Of a stretch of 64,000 nt of DNA, positions 29,076 through 39,129 are shown piece by piece (the first letter of the stretch is position 1; every line of letters starts with the position of its first letter). The stretch lies in NCBI GenBank assembly GCA_045612485.1, contig JAZKZE010000084.1, positions 692 to 64,691 of the forward strand. The letters are read 5' to 3'. A program made the position numbers and the translations under genes. This stretch comes from Victivallales bacterium (GTDB lineage: Bacteria > Verrucomicrobiota > Lentisphaeria > Victivallales > UBA1829). The notes under the pieces are model-generated. The model was not told the DNA's origin and did not search any database. It saw only the letters and a program-made list of their open reading frames with translations.

Positions 29076-29104
29076 AATTTACACGGGAAAGAAAAATTTG
29101 TCAA
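29076..29104 (-). promoter_or_regulatory. Candidate promoter of the trpB2 leader
   Basis: Minus strand: TTGACA (29104-29099), then 17 nt, then TAAATT (29081-29076). The leader ATG follows 9 nt later. Confidence 0.45.
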
Positions 29105-29222
29105 GGCATTTTTTGATTTTTTTTCATTTTTTCTTTCTTTATTCCTGTGTTATACTGTGGAAAGAATCTCTTTCCCGTGGTATATTAATAGGATGAATAA
29201 CAAAAACAATGCGGAGAAAACT

Positions 29223-30533
29223 ATGAGCAATTTTGAAAGTATGTCCGATGCCGCCATTGAGGAAGGCATGAAAAAAATAAAAGAATTTGCAGCCGGTATC
29301 TGCAAAGAAGATTATAAAAACAAAACCGTCATCTTCCTTGCAGACGGCATGGCAGATGAAAGTTTGCCTGAACTTTCCGGAAAGACCCCTGTGGAAGCGG
29401 TGGATACCCCTTATCTGGACAGTATCGCAAAAAACGGGGCAAGCGGAACATTCCTCACTCTTCCCGAAGGCTTTCCCACCTCCTCCGACGCTGCCAATAT
29501 GTCGGTAATGGGATACAGTCTTGCGCAATTCTATCCGGGAAGAGGTCCAATCGAAGCGGAAAGTCAGGGGATCGAACTCAAGGAAGATGATATTGCCTGG
29601 AGATGCAATGTCGTTTATTCTGAAGGCGGGACAAAGGGGATTCTGCGGGATTATTCCGCAGGGCATATTTCCAATGAAGTATCCTCTCAGCTTATCGCCG
29701 ATCTGAAAAAACACTTTGATTCCGATAAAGTAACGTTCCATCCCGGGGTGAGTTACCGCAATCTCCTTGTGCTTCACGGTAAAGAATTCAGCAGCAATGT
29801 AGATTATTACAAGCCGGATTCCTCCCAGGATATTGCTGTAAAAGATCTCCCCTATACAGCTCTTGACGATTCAAAGGAAGCCGCCCATACGGTGGAATTC
29901 ATCAATGATCTTGTAGAGAAAGCCTCTGCCTTCCTTGCGGCACATCCGCTGAACAGAGGTGTCAAATCCCCGGCAAATATGATCTGGCCCTGGAGTCCGG
30001 GTAAAAAGCCTTCCTTCACATCGTTTACAGAGAAGTACGAAGGAAAGACCGGGGCAGTCATCAGCGCGGTGGATGTGATCAAGGGGATCGCAAAATGTGC
30101 AAAAATGGATGTGATCGAGGTAGCCGGGGCAACCGGCTTTACCGATACAAATTACGAAGGGAAAGCCCTTGCCGCCCTGAAAGCATTAAAAGAACATGAT
30201 ATGGTATATCTGCATGTGGAAGCTATTGACGAGTGTTCCCATCTGGGCGATCTTCAGCAGAAGATGTTTGCCATTTCCCAGTTTGAAAACCGTCTGGTCA
30301 AACCGGTGATGGAAGCCTTGAAAGGCTGTGATGTGACCTTTGCCATTCTTCCCGATCATCCTGTTCCAATCCATGAAAGAGCCCACACAAGGACTCCCGT
30401 ACCGGTTGCTGTATGTGGAAAAAACATCAAACCGGATAATGTGGAAAAATACGGCGAAAGTTTTGTTAAAAACGGTTCTCTTGGAGCCATGTCCGGCGAA
30501 GAGTTCATGCGTCTGGTTCTGGGATTGAAGTAA
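29223..30533 (+). CDS. apgM: Cofactor-independent phosphoglycerate mutase, archaeal-type (ApgM family)
   Basis: VIFLADGMADESLPELSGKTPVEAVDTPYLDSIAKNGASGTFLTLPEGFPTSSDAANMSVMGY. The ATG at 29223 behind GGAG was chosen over the long upstream extension of ORF 28965. Confidence 0.8.
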   Translation: MSNFESMSDAAIEEGMKKIKEFAAGICKEDYKNKTVIFLADGMADESLPELSGKTPVEAVDTPYLDSIAKNGASGTFLTLPEGFPTSSDAANMSVMGYSLAQFYPGRGPIEAESQGIELKEDDIAWRCNVVYSEGGTKGILRDYSAGHISNEVSSQLIADLKKHFDSDKVTFHPGVSYRNLLVLHGKEFSSNVDYYKPDSSQDIAVKDLPYTALDDSKEAAHTVEFINDLVEKASAFLAAHPLNRGVKSPANMIWPWSPGKKPSFTSFTEKYEGKTGAVISAVDVIKGIAKCAKMDVIEVAGATGFTDTNYEGKALAALKALKEHDMVYLHVEAIDECSHLGDLQQKMFAISQFENRLVKPVMEALKGCDVTFAILPDHPVPIHERAHTRTPVPVAVCGKNIKPDNVEKYGESFVKNGSLGAMSGEEFMRLVLGLK

Positions 30534-30563
30534 GAAATCCCGCATTTCACAATAAAAAAAGCA

Positions 30564-30607
30564 TAAAAAAATCTCTGCTCTTTTCTTGAAGAGCAGAGAT
30601 TTTTTAT
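30564..30607. terminator. Bidirectional intrinsic terminator
   Basis: 12-bp stem atctctgctctt/aagagcagagat (30571-30582 and 30589-30600), with an A-run before and TTTTT after. Lies between convergent genes. Confidence 0.85.
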
Positions 30608-30659
30608 TCTGTAAATGATCTTTCCGACGGCAAACGCATACCGGAAAAGATGAAATTTC

Positions 30660-31580
30660 TTACTTGTCTTCCTTATTGACAAAAGTAATGACTCTCTGGG
30701 GGAAGGGAATATTGAATCCGCCGCCCTCAATGGTGCCTTTAAGCTGTTCTTTCACCATCCAGTAAGCATCCCAGTATTTGTCATTGGAAACCCAGAAACG
30801 CAAGTTGAGCTGTACGGAACTTTCTGCCAGTTCAGCCACCAGAACCTGAGGAGCAGGATCTTTAAGGATGATCTCATTATTTTCCAGCATTGCCTGAAGT
30901 GTTTTCAGTACAGCGGGAAGATCATCCCCGTAAGCGACCCTTACACCGATATCCGCACGCCTTGTGGCATTGCGGGAGTAGTTGGTGACCGGTCCGCCGA
31001 AAATCGCTGAATTGGGAACAGAAACAAAGATACCGTCAACGGTTTTGAGAGTTGTGGTGAAAAGTCCGATCTCTTCAATGGTACCGCTGACAGCTCCGCT
31101 GGTAATGAAATCCCCGGTCTTGTAGGGACGAAGGATCATAAGCATGACTCCGGCGGCAACATTACTGAGAGAGTCTTTCATGGCAAGACCGATAGTCAAA
31201 CCGGCAGCACCGAGAACCGTGACGATACTTGCTGTATTGACGCCGAAAAGATCAAGGATGACCAGGACGGCAAGCAGCCAGATCACGATTCTGGTGATGT
31301 TGAAAAATACTTTGTAAAGAGATTCATCCACCGCGGCGATCTTTTTGGGAGGATCGAGAATGAGTTTCTTTGCGATCCGGACACAAATACTTGCAATAAC
31401 CAGTGTCACAAGGGCAAGAAGCACACTTTTTCCGAATTTCAGAATGAGGTCATCATAAGCTGCCCACATTCCGCAGAGCGTTTCGATAAAAGAGCAGTTT
31501 TCCTTTGCGGGACAGGCTTCCGCCCCTTTTTTTACAGCTGCGGCTGTCTGGGCAGCGATCAATGTAAATACAGTTCCCAT
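30660..31580 (-). CDS. Mechanosensitive ion channel, MscS family
   Basis: TM region followed by PYKTGDFITSGAVSGTIEEIGLFTTTLKTVDGIFVSVPNSAIFGGPVTNYS. Confidence 0.85.
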   Translation of the reverse strand: MGTVFTLIAAQTAAAVKKGAEACPAKENCSFIETLCGMWAAYDDLILKFGKSVLLALVTLVIASICVRIAKKLILDPPKKIAAVDESLYKVFFNITRIVIWLLAVLVILDLFGVNTASIVTVLGAAGLTIGLAMKDSLSNVAAGVMLMILRPYKTGDFITSGAVSGTIEEIGLFTTTLKTVDGIFVSVPNSAIFGGPVTNYSRNATRRADIGVRVAYGDDLPAVLKTLQAMLENNEIILKDPAPQVLVAELAESSVQLNLRFWVSNDKYWDAYWMVKEQLKGTIEGGGFNIPFPQRVITFVNKEDK

Positions 31581-31642
31581 CTTTTTCCGTTCTTTTTTGT
31601 TTTATTTTGAGGAAGGTGGATAACTTCTTTTTCTGCCGGTAC

Positions 31643-33475
31643 TTATTTTTTCACGCTGTACACAGCAGATACTTTATCAATATCAGCAACATCTCCGGAC
31701 AAAGTGAAGATAAAGGAGCTGTGATAGCTGCCTTCTTTCAAAACATACTCTGCCTTGAAGGTCTGCCATTTATCAGTAAGAGAGAACGCCCGTACTGTGG
31801 GGTTTTTTGCACTGCTGACCGCAAGGGAGAGATTTCCTTTTCCTCTGGCGACAACAGTTACAGTAAGTTTACACTCTTTTTTCCGCAGATTGTAGATATT
31901 CTGGTAGAAGGTCATCCCTTTGGTAAGACGGACGAAAGAAACATTGCCTTCTTTCATTGCCTTTGCCACACCTTTGCGGAAGTCCCAGATATAGGGAACA
32001 ATTTCCCCTTTGGCATTTTTCTTTCCGGGAACAGTATAATCCATATCCCGGTTGGAAAGCATTTCATTTCCCATAAGCAATTCACGGACTCTTACACTGG
32101 AACCTGCGGCAAAAGCACCGTCTTCACCCGGTTTACGGTTGGAACCGTGTTCGGCACGGGTACCGTTGATCATCTCTTTATCTTTGCCGGGAACGTTGTT
32201 ATAGGCAGAATATACCGATGTGGGAGAACAGACGGTATCAATGAATCCAACAGAGAAAACAACAGGGCATTTGATGAGTCTTGCAAAGTTTGCCACATCA
32301 AAGTAAGCGGAATTTTCCTTTGCTTTGGCGGGCTCGACTTTGGCATATCTGCTTCTCAGGAGTTTGGGCCAGCCTTCTTTCTGGTTATTGTCAGCACCGC
32401 GGTGGTCTGCCATGGCAGGACCGCCGGGACATGCAAGAGTAATATCCTTATCCAGAGCTGCGGCAACGATGGTCTGGCATCCACCGAAACTGGGTCCTGC
32501 GGCAATCAGATCTTTTCCGTTCCATTCGGGACGGCTCTTCAGGTAATCCAGGGAGCGGACGATACGCAGAAAGATCTTTCTCGGAGCATATTTTTCTTTA
32601 TCATGGATATTGTTATACTGGTAGTTGGCAATATCAGGACGTTTTCTCAAAGCAGCTTTCTCCTTGCTGTCCCGGATAAAGTTTTTGGTATCATGGATAT
32701 TCATGGCAAAGACCATGACATCTCTGTACACTGCTTCGGTCACAGCGGGACTGGAACCGATCCAGCTGGCTCCGCCGAAAGTGATTTTGGCAGGAAGTTT
32801 CTTTCTTGCAGAGTAACGGGGAATGGTAAGGATACCGGCGGCGTTCACTTCCCCGTCTTCGATCCTTACATCATAGATCTTTACAAGATTTTTATTTTCC
32901 GCATTGTAAAATTCTGTTGCTTCACGGCAGGTGATCTTCGGAGTACGGGCGCGGAGTTTTTTGATCTCATTTGCCCAGTATGTTTCAAAATCAGCAGGCA
33001 TCTTTGTTCCGGAAACGATCTTGAGGGGCTCCACGCCGGCTCCGGCAAAACGGGTAATGGCTCTGCCTTTGAGATCTTTATAATCTTTGGCAGTGAGAGT
33101 AAGGAGCATAAAACCGGGTCTGTCCAGTTTTCCTTCGATGATAACAGGTTCTTTACCGGATACAATGGAACCTTTTTTCCTGAATCCGCCGTCCCCTTCA
33201 AGCACATAGTCGATCTTTACATTTTCAAGGATCTGCACGGTGGAAAGAGCTTCATCCATATACTTTACACTTTCGGGCTGAACCATCCATACTTTGAAAC
33301 GGATCGTTTCCCCCTGTTTGTAAAGGGCATTATCCCTTTCTGCATAAGCAATGATCTTTGCCGGGACCTTTGCCTGTGCGACACTCTTTTTTGCTTTAAC
33401 TGCACCACTTGCCCCGTAGGAGGCAAAAAGCAGCGTTCCCGCGATCAATGCGGACATTACGTTGTAAAGTTTCAT
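31643..33475 (-). CDS. Acetyl xylan esterase / CE7-like alpha/beta hydrolase with extra N- and C-terminal domains
   Basis: Nucleophile elbow GPSFGG and the CE7-like string FIDTVCSPTSVYSAYNNVPG...AEHG. Start moved to the ATG at 33473-33475 (signal peptide MKLYNVMSALIAGTLLFASYG, RBS AAAGGAAA). Confidence 0.65.
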   Translation of the reverse strand: MKLYNVMSALIAGTLLFASYGASGAVKAKKSVAQAKVPAKIIAYAERDNALYKQGETIRFKVWMVQPESVKYMDEALSTVQILENVKIDYVLEGDGGFRKKGSIVSGKEPVIIEGKLDRPGFMLLTLTAKDYKDLKGRAITRFAGAGVEPLKIVSGTKMPADFETYWANEIKKLRARTPKITCREATEFYNAENKNLVKIYDVRIEDGEVNAAGILTIPRYSARKKLPAKITFGGASWIGSSPAVTEAVYRDVMVFAMNIHDTKNFIRDSKEKAALRKRPDIANYQYNNIHDKEKYAPRKIFLRIVRSLDYLKSRPEWNGKDLIAAGPSFGGCQTIVAAALDKDITLACPGGPAMADHRGADNNQKEGWPKLLRSRYAKVEPAKAKENSAYFDVANFARLIKCPVVFSVGFIDTVCSPTSVYSAYNNVPGKDKEMINGTRAEHGSNRKPGEDGAFAAGSSVRVRELLMGNEMLSNRDMDYTVPGKKNAKGEIVPYIWDFRKGVAKAMKEGNVSFVRLTKGMTFYQNIYNLRKKECKLTVTVVARGKGNLSLAVSSAKNPTVRAFSLTDKWQTFKAEYVLKEGSYHSSFIFTLSGDVADIDKVSAVYSVKK

Positions 33476-33697
33476 TTTTTTTCCTTTCTTTATATTATTT
33501 TGGAAATATTCTGATTTCTGTTTCATGTTCTTATACTATAATACACAAAAAGCGGCATTTCAAGTTACAGCAACAGACGGAAGGAAAAATATTTCAAACT
33601 TTTTCCCTTCTAAAAAAAAACGGGGATCCCTGTCAGGCCCCCTCTGACGGAATTGCCGCAGCCTCTCTGCGTGCATGATCAATGTCCGGAAAAACCT

Positions 33698-34525
33698 TTA
33701 ATTTCTCTCCAGTTCTTCATCGCCATGATCTTTTATCCATTGCCGCAAATGATCCACAGCAGCTCCCCCCACATCTGCACAGCAGTTGGAACAGAAGATG
33801 ATACCGTCGGTCTTCCCTTTTATCAGGTACTCCCGGTAAACTTCCAGTTCGAAATCGATCTCTTCGACGGTAAGAGCTTTTCCTTCTCCGTAATTCCAGA
33901 TATAACAGCCGGTCATGTGTTTTTTACCCGGAGTCATTACCAGCATTTTATCAAGATCCTCCCGCAAAGAAGAGCGTTCGGCAGCAGTACGCATGTTCCA
34001 GTAAGTGATCCCGTCAAATTCTTTCAAGTATTCTTCCACAGGCCAGACAAGACCTTTTTTGTACCAGACGACCCACAGATCCAGTTTCCGGGATAAAGAA
34101 GTGTGCAGCAGGGAACGTATTTTCCGCACCTCTTCCAGAGAGTATCTTGCCCACCGGGGATCTTCCGCCGTCCCTCTGCGGAAAAAATCATCAAAGACCG
34201 CCCCCACAACATTGGGATATTTCTCCGCCTGACGGATCACCTCTTTTACATCGCTTGTGTCATCATTACGCAGACTGCTGGCATCCCCCAGTGCCGACCA
34301 GATGACTTTGGGGTTGTTTTTCATCTTTTCCGATTCGGCATCAAATGGGGGAAAAGGTTTTCCATTCATCACCACACGGAATATATTGGGTACATCCAGA
34401 TATTCCGCACCGGCAACGGCATCAAGGGTGTTGCCGTCAGGTACTTTCCAGCTTTTATTTGCGGAAACTTTCTGGTGACTCATCACATCCTGCCCCCAGA
34501 TCCATAAACATTCTCTTAATTTCAT
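33698..34525 (-). CDS. Hypothetical protein (275 aa)
   Basis: ATG at 34523-34525 behind GGAGAAG. No family recognised. Confidence 0.6.
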   Translation of the reverse strand: MKLRECLWIWGQDVMSHQKVSANKSWKVPDGNTLDAVAGAEYLDVPNIFRVVMNGKPFPPFDAESEKMKNNPKVIWSALGDASSLRNDDTSDVKEVIRQAEKYPNVVGAVFDDFFRRGTAEDPRWARYSLEEVRKIRSLLHTSLSRKLDLWVVWYKKGLVWPVEEYLKEFDGITYWNMRTAAERSSLREDLDKMLVMTPGKKHMTGCYIWNYGEGKALTVEEIDFELEVYREYLIKGKTDGIIFCSNCCADVGGAAVDHLRQWIKDHGDEELERN

Positions 34526-34665
34526 AAAACGCTTCTCCAAAACTGCAATAAGTACAAATCCATGAAAAAAGTAATATACACCTGCGGAAAAAGTTGTCAA
34601 TGGCTGAAAAATTGAAAAAGAGAAAAAAATATTGCTCTGAAAAGGAGTTGGAGAGGGTTTATTTC

Positions 34666-34694
34666 TTGACATTATTTCCCTGAAGTGGTATATT
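34666..34694 (+). promoter_or_regulatory. Candidate tyrS promoter
   Basis: TTGACA (34666-34671), then 17 nt, then TATATT (34689-34694), about 90 nt upstream of the tyrS ATG. Confidence 0.4.
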
Positions 34695-34783
34695 ACTTAT
34701 CTGAAAACAACGGAAACTACTGTGTTATCTGTTTCCGGTATAACATAAAATCCGGCAGTATGCCAAAAAGGAAAGACGTAAAA

Positions 34784-36070
34784 ATGAACATCTATCGTGA
34801 ATTGAAGGCCCGCGGCTTTATCTATCAGGAAACTGACAGTAACGCCATTGAAAACAAACTGACAAATACCCGGGTCACATTTTACGTAGGCTTCGACCCC
34901 ACCGGAAACAGTCTGCATGTGGGCCATCTTCTCCCGGTGATGGCAATGCGTCTTTTGCAGAAGGCCGGTCACGTTCCGGTCGTTCTCGTCGGCGGAGCCC
35001 CCGCCCAGATCGGAGATCCCTCCGGCAGATCCACTGCCAGAAATATGCTTACAAAAGAAACTGTGGCGGAAAATGCCCAGTGTCTGAAAAATCAGCTTGC
35101 CAGATTCATCACCATGGAAAACGGTCAGGCTCATTTTGTAAACAACAATGACTGGTTCAAAGATCTTTACCTTCTGGATTTTCTCAGGGACATCGGCAGC
35201 CGTTTTTCTGTAAACAGGATGCTTTCCCAGGAATCAGTGAAGCAGAGATTGGAAAACGGGCTTTCCTTCCTGGAATTTTCCTACTCTCTGTTGCAGGGAT
35301 ATGACTTCTATTACCTCAACAAGACTCTCGGCTGTACTATGGAATTCGGCGGTCAGGATCAGTGGGGCAATATGGTTGCCGGTACAGAACTCATCCGCAG
35401 AATGTCCGATGAAAAAACAGAAGTACACTGCCTTACCATTCCTCTTCTTATGAATCCTGCAACCGGTCAGAAATTCGGTAAATCCATCGGCGGTACCAGC
35501 GTCTGGCTGGATCCCGCCCGGACGACAGTCTTTGATTACTACCAGTTCTGGAGAAACTGTGATGACAGCATGATCGCCGACCTGATAAAGAAATTTGCTC
35601 TGGATATTCCGGTGGAAGAAGCGGATGCCCTTGTAAATTCCGGCAATATCAACCGGGCAAAAGAGATCCTTGCTTATGAGGCGACCCGTCTTGCCCACGG
35701 CGATGAGGAAGCGGCGAAAGCCTATATCCAGGCAGGTCTCAAATTCGGTTTTGCCGATCCGGAAAACAAGATCCCCACAACAAGCAGTATTGCAAAGATC
35801 TCTGCGGCAAGTACACAAGTGGAACTTCCCACGGCAAAAATTTCTGCCTCTCTCTTTGAAGGGGAAGGCGTGGGTCTTGCCAAACTTATCGTGGAAGCAG
35901 GTCTTGCAAAATCCACTTCTGATGCAAGAAGACTTGTTCAGGGCAATGCCGTTTCCATCGATGATGTGAAAGCCAACGATGTAAACAAACGTTATCTTGC
36001 CGGGGAACTGCCCGGTAAATTCATCCTGAAGACCGGGAAAAAGAACTTCAAACAAATCGTGATCGAATAA
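34784..36070 (+). CDS. tyrS: Tyrosine--tRNA ligase
   Basis: HIGH-type motif (SLHVGHLLP), KMSKS-type motif (KFGKS) and a C-terminal S4-like domain. ATG at 34784 behind AAGGAAAG. Confidence 0.92.
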   Translation: MNIYRELKARGFIYQETDSNAIENKLTNTRVTFYVGFDPTGNSLHVGHLLPVMAMRLLQKAGHVPVVLVGGAPAQIGDPSGRSTARNMLTKETVAENAQCLKNQLARFITMENGQAHFVNNNDWFKDLYLLDFLRDIGSRFSVNRMLSQESVKQRLENGLSFLEFSYSLLQGYDFYYLNKTLGCTMEFGGQDQWGNMVAGTELIRRMSDEKTEVHCLTIPLLMNPATGQKFGKSIGGTSVWLDPARTTVFDYYQFWRNCDDSMIADLIKKFALDIPVEEADALVNSGNINRAKEILAYEATRLAHGDEEAAKAYIQAGLKFGFADPENKIPTTSSIAKISAASTQVELPTAKISASLFEGEGVGLAKLIVEAGLAKSTSDARRLVQGNAVSIDDVKANDVNKRYLAGELPGKFILKTGKKNFKQIVIE

Positions 36071-36088
36071 ACGAAAGGGTTCTGTCCA

Positions 36089-37165
36089 GTGATCGAAAAA
36101 TTACAGAAAGTCCTTGATGAACATGTAAAAAACAATCTGGAATGCGGTTGTCAGCTTACCGTTTATAAAAACGGGGAACTTCTCTGTAATCTTTGTTCCG
36201 GGTTCCTTGACAGAACAAAAAAAGTCAAAGTGACCCCCCAAACGCTTTTCCCTGTATTTTCCGCAGGGAAAAGCGTTCTTACGACCTTATGCCATATTCT
36301 TGTAAAAGAAAAACTTTTTTCCTATGAGGATAAAGTATGTGATCACTGGCAGGAATTTGCGCAAAACGGTAAAGAAAATATCACCGTAAGAAATATCCTT
36401 TCCCACCGCGCGGCATTATGGACGTTTCCGGCGGAATTCCCTTATGAGGATTATTACTGCTGGCAAAAGGCATCTGTGGAATTGGAAAAATCCCCCTTGT
36501 TGGGAACAGTCGGCGGTTTCCATGAATATCACGCTTATACCTACGGGACGCTGTTGGGGCGTTTTCTGGAAAAAGCGGCAAAAAAAGATCTGCAAAGTTT
36601 GCTGACGGAAAAGATCCTTGCACCACTATCCCTTGAAAATGATTTTTTCTGGGGGGCGAAAAATAAGGACTGGAAATTGGGAAAAGAGATAGCCAGGATC
36701 GTACCCTATCAGGATGAAAAAGGCAAAGATGTGGATTCCGAATGGTTGAAGATCAATAGAGAAAACCTTCTTCTGGACGGACTGAACCCCTCCACCAATA
36801 CTTTATGCAATGCTCATGCACTGGCCAAAATCCATGCTTCCTTACTGGAAAAGGGTGTAGATGATATTCATTTGCTTACAGAAAAAGATCTGGAAGAACC
36901 ATTGAAAATACAGCGGAATCCCCTTTATCCTGTACAGAAAACAGATTGGGATAAATTCGGTCTGGGGTATGTATTATGCGGACCGGAAGAACCATGGAAC
37001 CGGATGTTCGGACAGGCGGGAGCTTGCGGGAGTGAAGGGTTTGCGGATAGAAAAACCGGTATAGCGGCAGGGTTGACAAGGAATCAGCTTCTTGCCTCTG
37101 ATCCGGATTATCCTTTACGCAATGCGATCTCAAAAATTCTGGATATTCCGGAAAGGATCTGGTAA
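36089..37165 (+). CDS. Serine hydrolase, beta-lactamase/transpeptidase-like family
   Basis: SxxK motif in FPVFSAGKSVLT. GTG start at 36089. Confidence 0.7.
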   Translation: MIEKLQKVLDEHVKNNLECGCQLTVYKNGELLCNLCSGFLDRTKKVKVTPQTLFPVFSAGKSVLTTLCHILVKEKLFSYEDKVCDHWQEFAQNGKENITVRNILSHRAALWTFPAEFPYEDYYCWQKASVELEKSPLLGTVGGFHEYHAYTYGTLLGRFLEKAAKKDLQSLLTEKILAPLSLENDFFWGAKNKDWKLGKEIARIVPYQDEKGKDVDSEWLKINRENLLLDGLNPSTNTLCNAHALAKIHASLLEKGVDDIHLLTEKDLEEPLKIQRNPLYPVQKTDWDKFGLGYVLCGPEEPWNRMFGQAGACGSEGFADRKTGIAAGLTRNQLLASDPDYPLRNAISKILDIPERIW

Positions 37166-37180
37166 AAAAAGGAGGAAATC

Positions 37181-38533
37181 ATGAAAAACAGAAAAGGAAA
37201 ACTTATTTACCTTACGAGACTTGTTATTGCATTTCTTTTTCTTTTCCTTCTTCTTGCCGTTTTTCTACTGCCGCAAGGGGAATGGTCTCTTCTCCTGAAG
37301 AGTCAGTATGCCCCGGCGGCAATGAGAAGCATAGCTCTTTCGGCAACGATTTCCATTGCAACGGTCATTCTGCTTACTGTTATCACTTTTTTTGCAGGCA
37401 GATTCTATTGTTCCTTGCTCTGTCCCCTGGGCACCTGGCAGGAACTTGTCACATTTGTCCCCACAAAATGCGGTAAAGAAAAAGATTTCCGTAAAACACG
37501 CCTTCTCATTGCCGGATCCGTATTCGGGCTTCTGGTCGTTTCCTGCAATCTGGGATTCCTTCTCTTTGATCCCTATTCTCTCTTCGGGAGGATGGTGCGC
37601 GCCTTTTCCGTTTCATCCATTGTGATCTTCCTTGTTATCACCATATTGACAGTATGGAAAAAGAGATTTTTCTGTTCCTCCGTCTGTCCGGTGGGGACAC
37701 TTCTGGGGTTGTTTGCGGAAAAAGGGGTATATAAACTGCAATTCAATGAAAAGTGTGTGAAGTGCGGCAAATGTGTAAAAAACTGTCCCGCAGGGTGTAT
37801 GGATACGGCGACATCTTCCATTGATAACGGAAGATGCGTGAGATGTCTGAAATGTATGAGCGTGTGTCCTGTTGAGGGGCTCTCCTTCAGCAGAAAACCT
37901 CTTCTTGGTCCGCAGGATGATTCCCGGAGAAAATTCCTTGTGGACGGCAGCATTTTTGTGGGGGGAATGATCCTTGGGAAGATCGCTTCCTCCATTGCGG
38001 CAAAATACAGTAAAAATCTTGCTCATCCGGCAACCGGGATCCTGCCACCCGGGGCTGGTTCCCTTACAGAATTTTTCAGAAAATGTACCGCCTGTCAGGC
38101 GTGTACTGCCGTCTGTCCGGAAAAAATCATTCTTCCGGCAAAAGGCGGGACGGGGCCTGTGTCACTGGATCTTTCCGGAAAAGGTGCGTGCAGATTTGAT
38201 TGCAGAAAATGTATTGAGGCGTGTCCCACAGGTGCATTGAAAGATCTCACACTTAACGGGAAACGATCCTGTAAAATAGCATTGGCAGTCCATCTTCCGC
38301 AAAACTGTATTGCTTTTCAGGATGAGGAACAATGTGGGCTGTGTGCCGATGCCTGTCCGGTAAAGGCAATTACTTTACGGAAAAACGGCACTCCCAGACC
38401 GGTAAAGAAGGAATTATGTATCGGCTGCGGAGCGTGTCTGAAAGCGTGTCCGGCAAGTCCTGCTGCAATTAAAATAGATCCCATTCCCCGGCAGATCCTT
38501 GTTAAAAAAATCGCTTTGAATAATGAAAAATAA
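37181..38533 (+). CDS. Membrane-bound polyferredoxin (NapH/MauN-like N-terminus plus multiple 4Fe-4S domains)
   Basis: CxxCP motifs in the TM region (CSLLCPLGTW, CSSVCPVGTL). Six CxxCxxCxxxCP-type motifs follow, e.g. CVKCGKCVKNCP and CIGCGACLKACP. Strong AGGAGG RBS. Confidence 0.8.
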   Translation: MKNRKGKLIYLTRLVIAFLFLFLLLAVFLLPQGEWSLLLKSQYAPAAMRSIALSATISIATVILLTVITFFAGRFYCSLLCPLGTWQELVTFVPTKCGKEKDFRKTRLLIAGSVFGLLVVSCNLGFLLFDPYSLFGRMVRAFSVSSIVIFLVITILTVWKKRFFCSSVCPVGTLLGLFAEKGVYKLQFNEKCVKCGKCVKNCPAGCMDTATSSIDNGRCVRCLKCMSVCPVEGLSFSRKPLLGPQDDSRRKFLVDGSIFVGGMILGKIASSIAAKYSKNLAHPATGILPPGAGSLTEFFRKCTACQACTAVCPEKIILPAKGGTGPVSLDLSGKGACRFDCRKCIEACPTGALKDLTLNGKRSCKIALAVHLPQNCIAFQDEEQCGLCADACPVKAITLRKNGTPRPVKKELCIGCGACLKACPASPAAIKIDPIPRQILVKKIALNNEK

Positions 38534-38570
38534 CAGAATGAACCAACTTATATAAAAAGGAGTTTTTATA

Positions 38571-39077
38571 ATGAAAAAATATTTTATTTTCTCCATATTC
38601 CTTTGCCTTTGCCTCCTTCTTTCCGCCTGCTGTACCGGGAGAAAAGGTACGGAGTATGATAAAGCAAAACAGTTGATCCGGGAGGGGAAAGCAGAATGTG
38701 TCCTTCTGCGGGAGGGAAAGATCCTTCATATCGAAAAAGGAAGAGGGGTAAGTCCCCTTCTTGCCATGTCAAAAAAATATGACAGAGAAATGGCTGGCGG
38801 CGAAATCGTGGATAAAGTCATAGGACGGGCTGCGGCAGCTATTGCCATCAATGGAAAAGTAAAATATGTTCACGCTCTGATCATAAGTGAAGATGCGGTG
38901 GAATTTCTGAAAAAACATGATATTACCTGTTCCTGGGATCTGAAAGTAAAACGGATCCTCAACCGCACCCGCACAGATCTGTGTCCTCTGGAAAAGAGTG
39001 TGGAAAGGATCCATGACCCGGTAAAGGCACAGAAAGCATTGGAAGCAAAGATAAGGCAGATGATGAAAAAAAAATGA
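38571..39077 (+). CDS. DUF1893 (TM1506-like) domain protein with lipoprotein signal
   Basis: Lipobox LLLSAC. DUF1893-like core VDKVIGRAAAAIAINGKVKYVHALIISEDAVEFLKKHDI...CPLEKSV. Confidence 0.65.
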   Translation: MKKYFIFSIFLCLCLLLSACCTGRKGTEYDKAKQLIREGKAECVLLREGKILHIEKGRGVSPLLAMSKKYDREMAGGEIVDKVIGRAAAAIAINGKVKYVHALIISEDAVEFLKKHDITCSWDLKVKRILNRTRTDLCPLEKSVERIHDPVKAQKALEAKIRQMMKKK

Positions 39078-39129
39078 GCAGTATTTTTTTCTCTCTCCAG
39101 AAAAAAATAACAAAAATAAGGAGAAAAGT

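Noticed and set aside
28965-29222. Long N-terminal extension of the apgM ORF (start at 28965)
   Set aside because: The extension runs through the divergent promoter and Trp-leader region and is not ApgM-like. The ATG at 29223 has a GGAG RBS and gives a protein of about normal ApgM length.
31607-33514. 635-aa plus-strand ORF
   Set aside because: It is antisense to the CE7-like esterase gene. It has no recognisable motifs, and its composition (F/G/C-rich) mirrors the opposite-strand codons.
34695-34783. Possible T-box riboswitch upstream of tyrS
   Set aside because: The leader is only ~90 nt with one short hairpin (cggaaac/gtttccg). It has no T-box consensus or terminator/antiterminator pair and is too short for a T-box.
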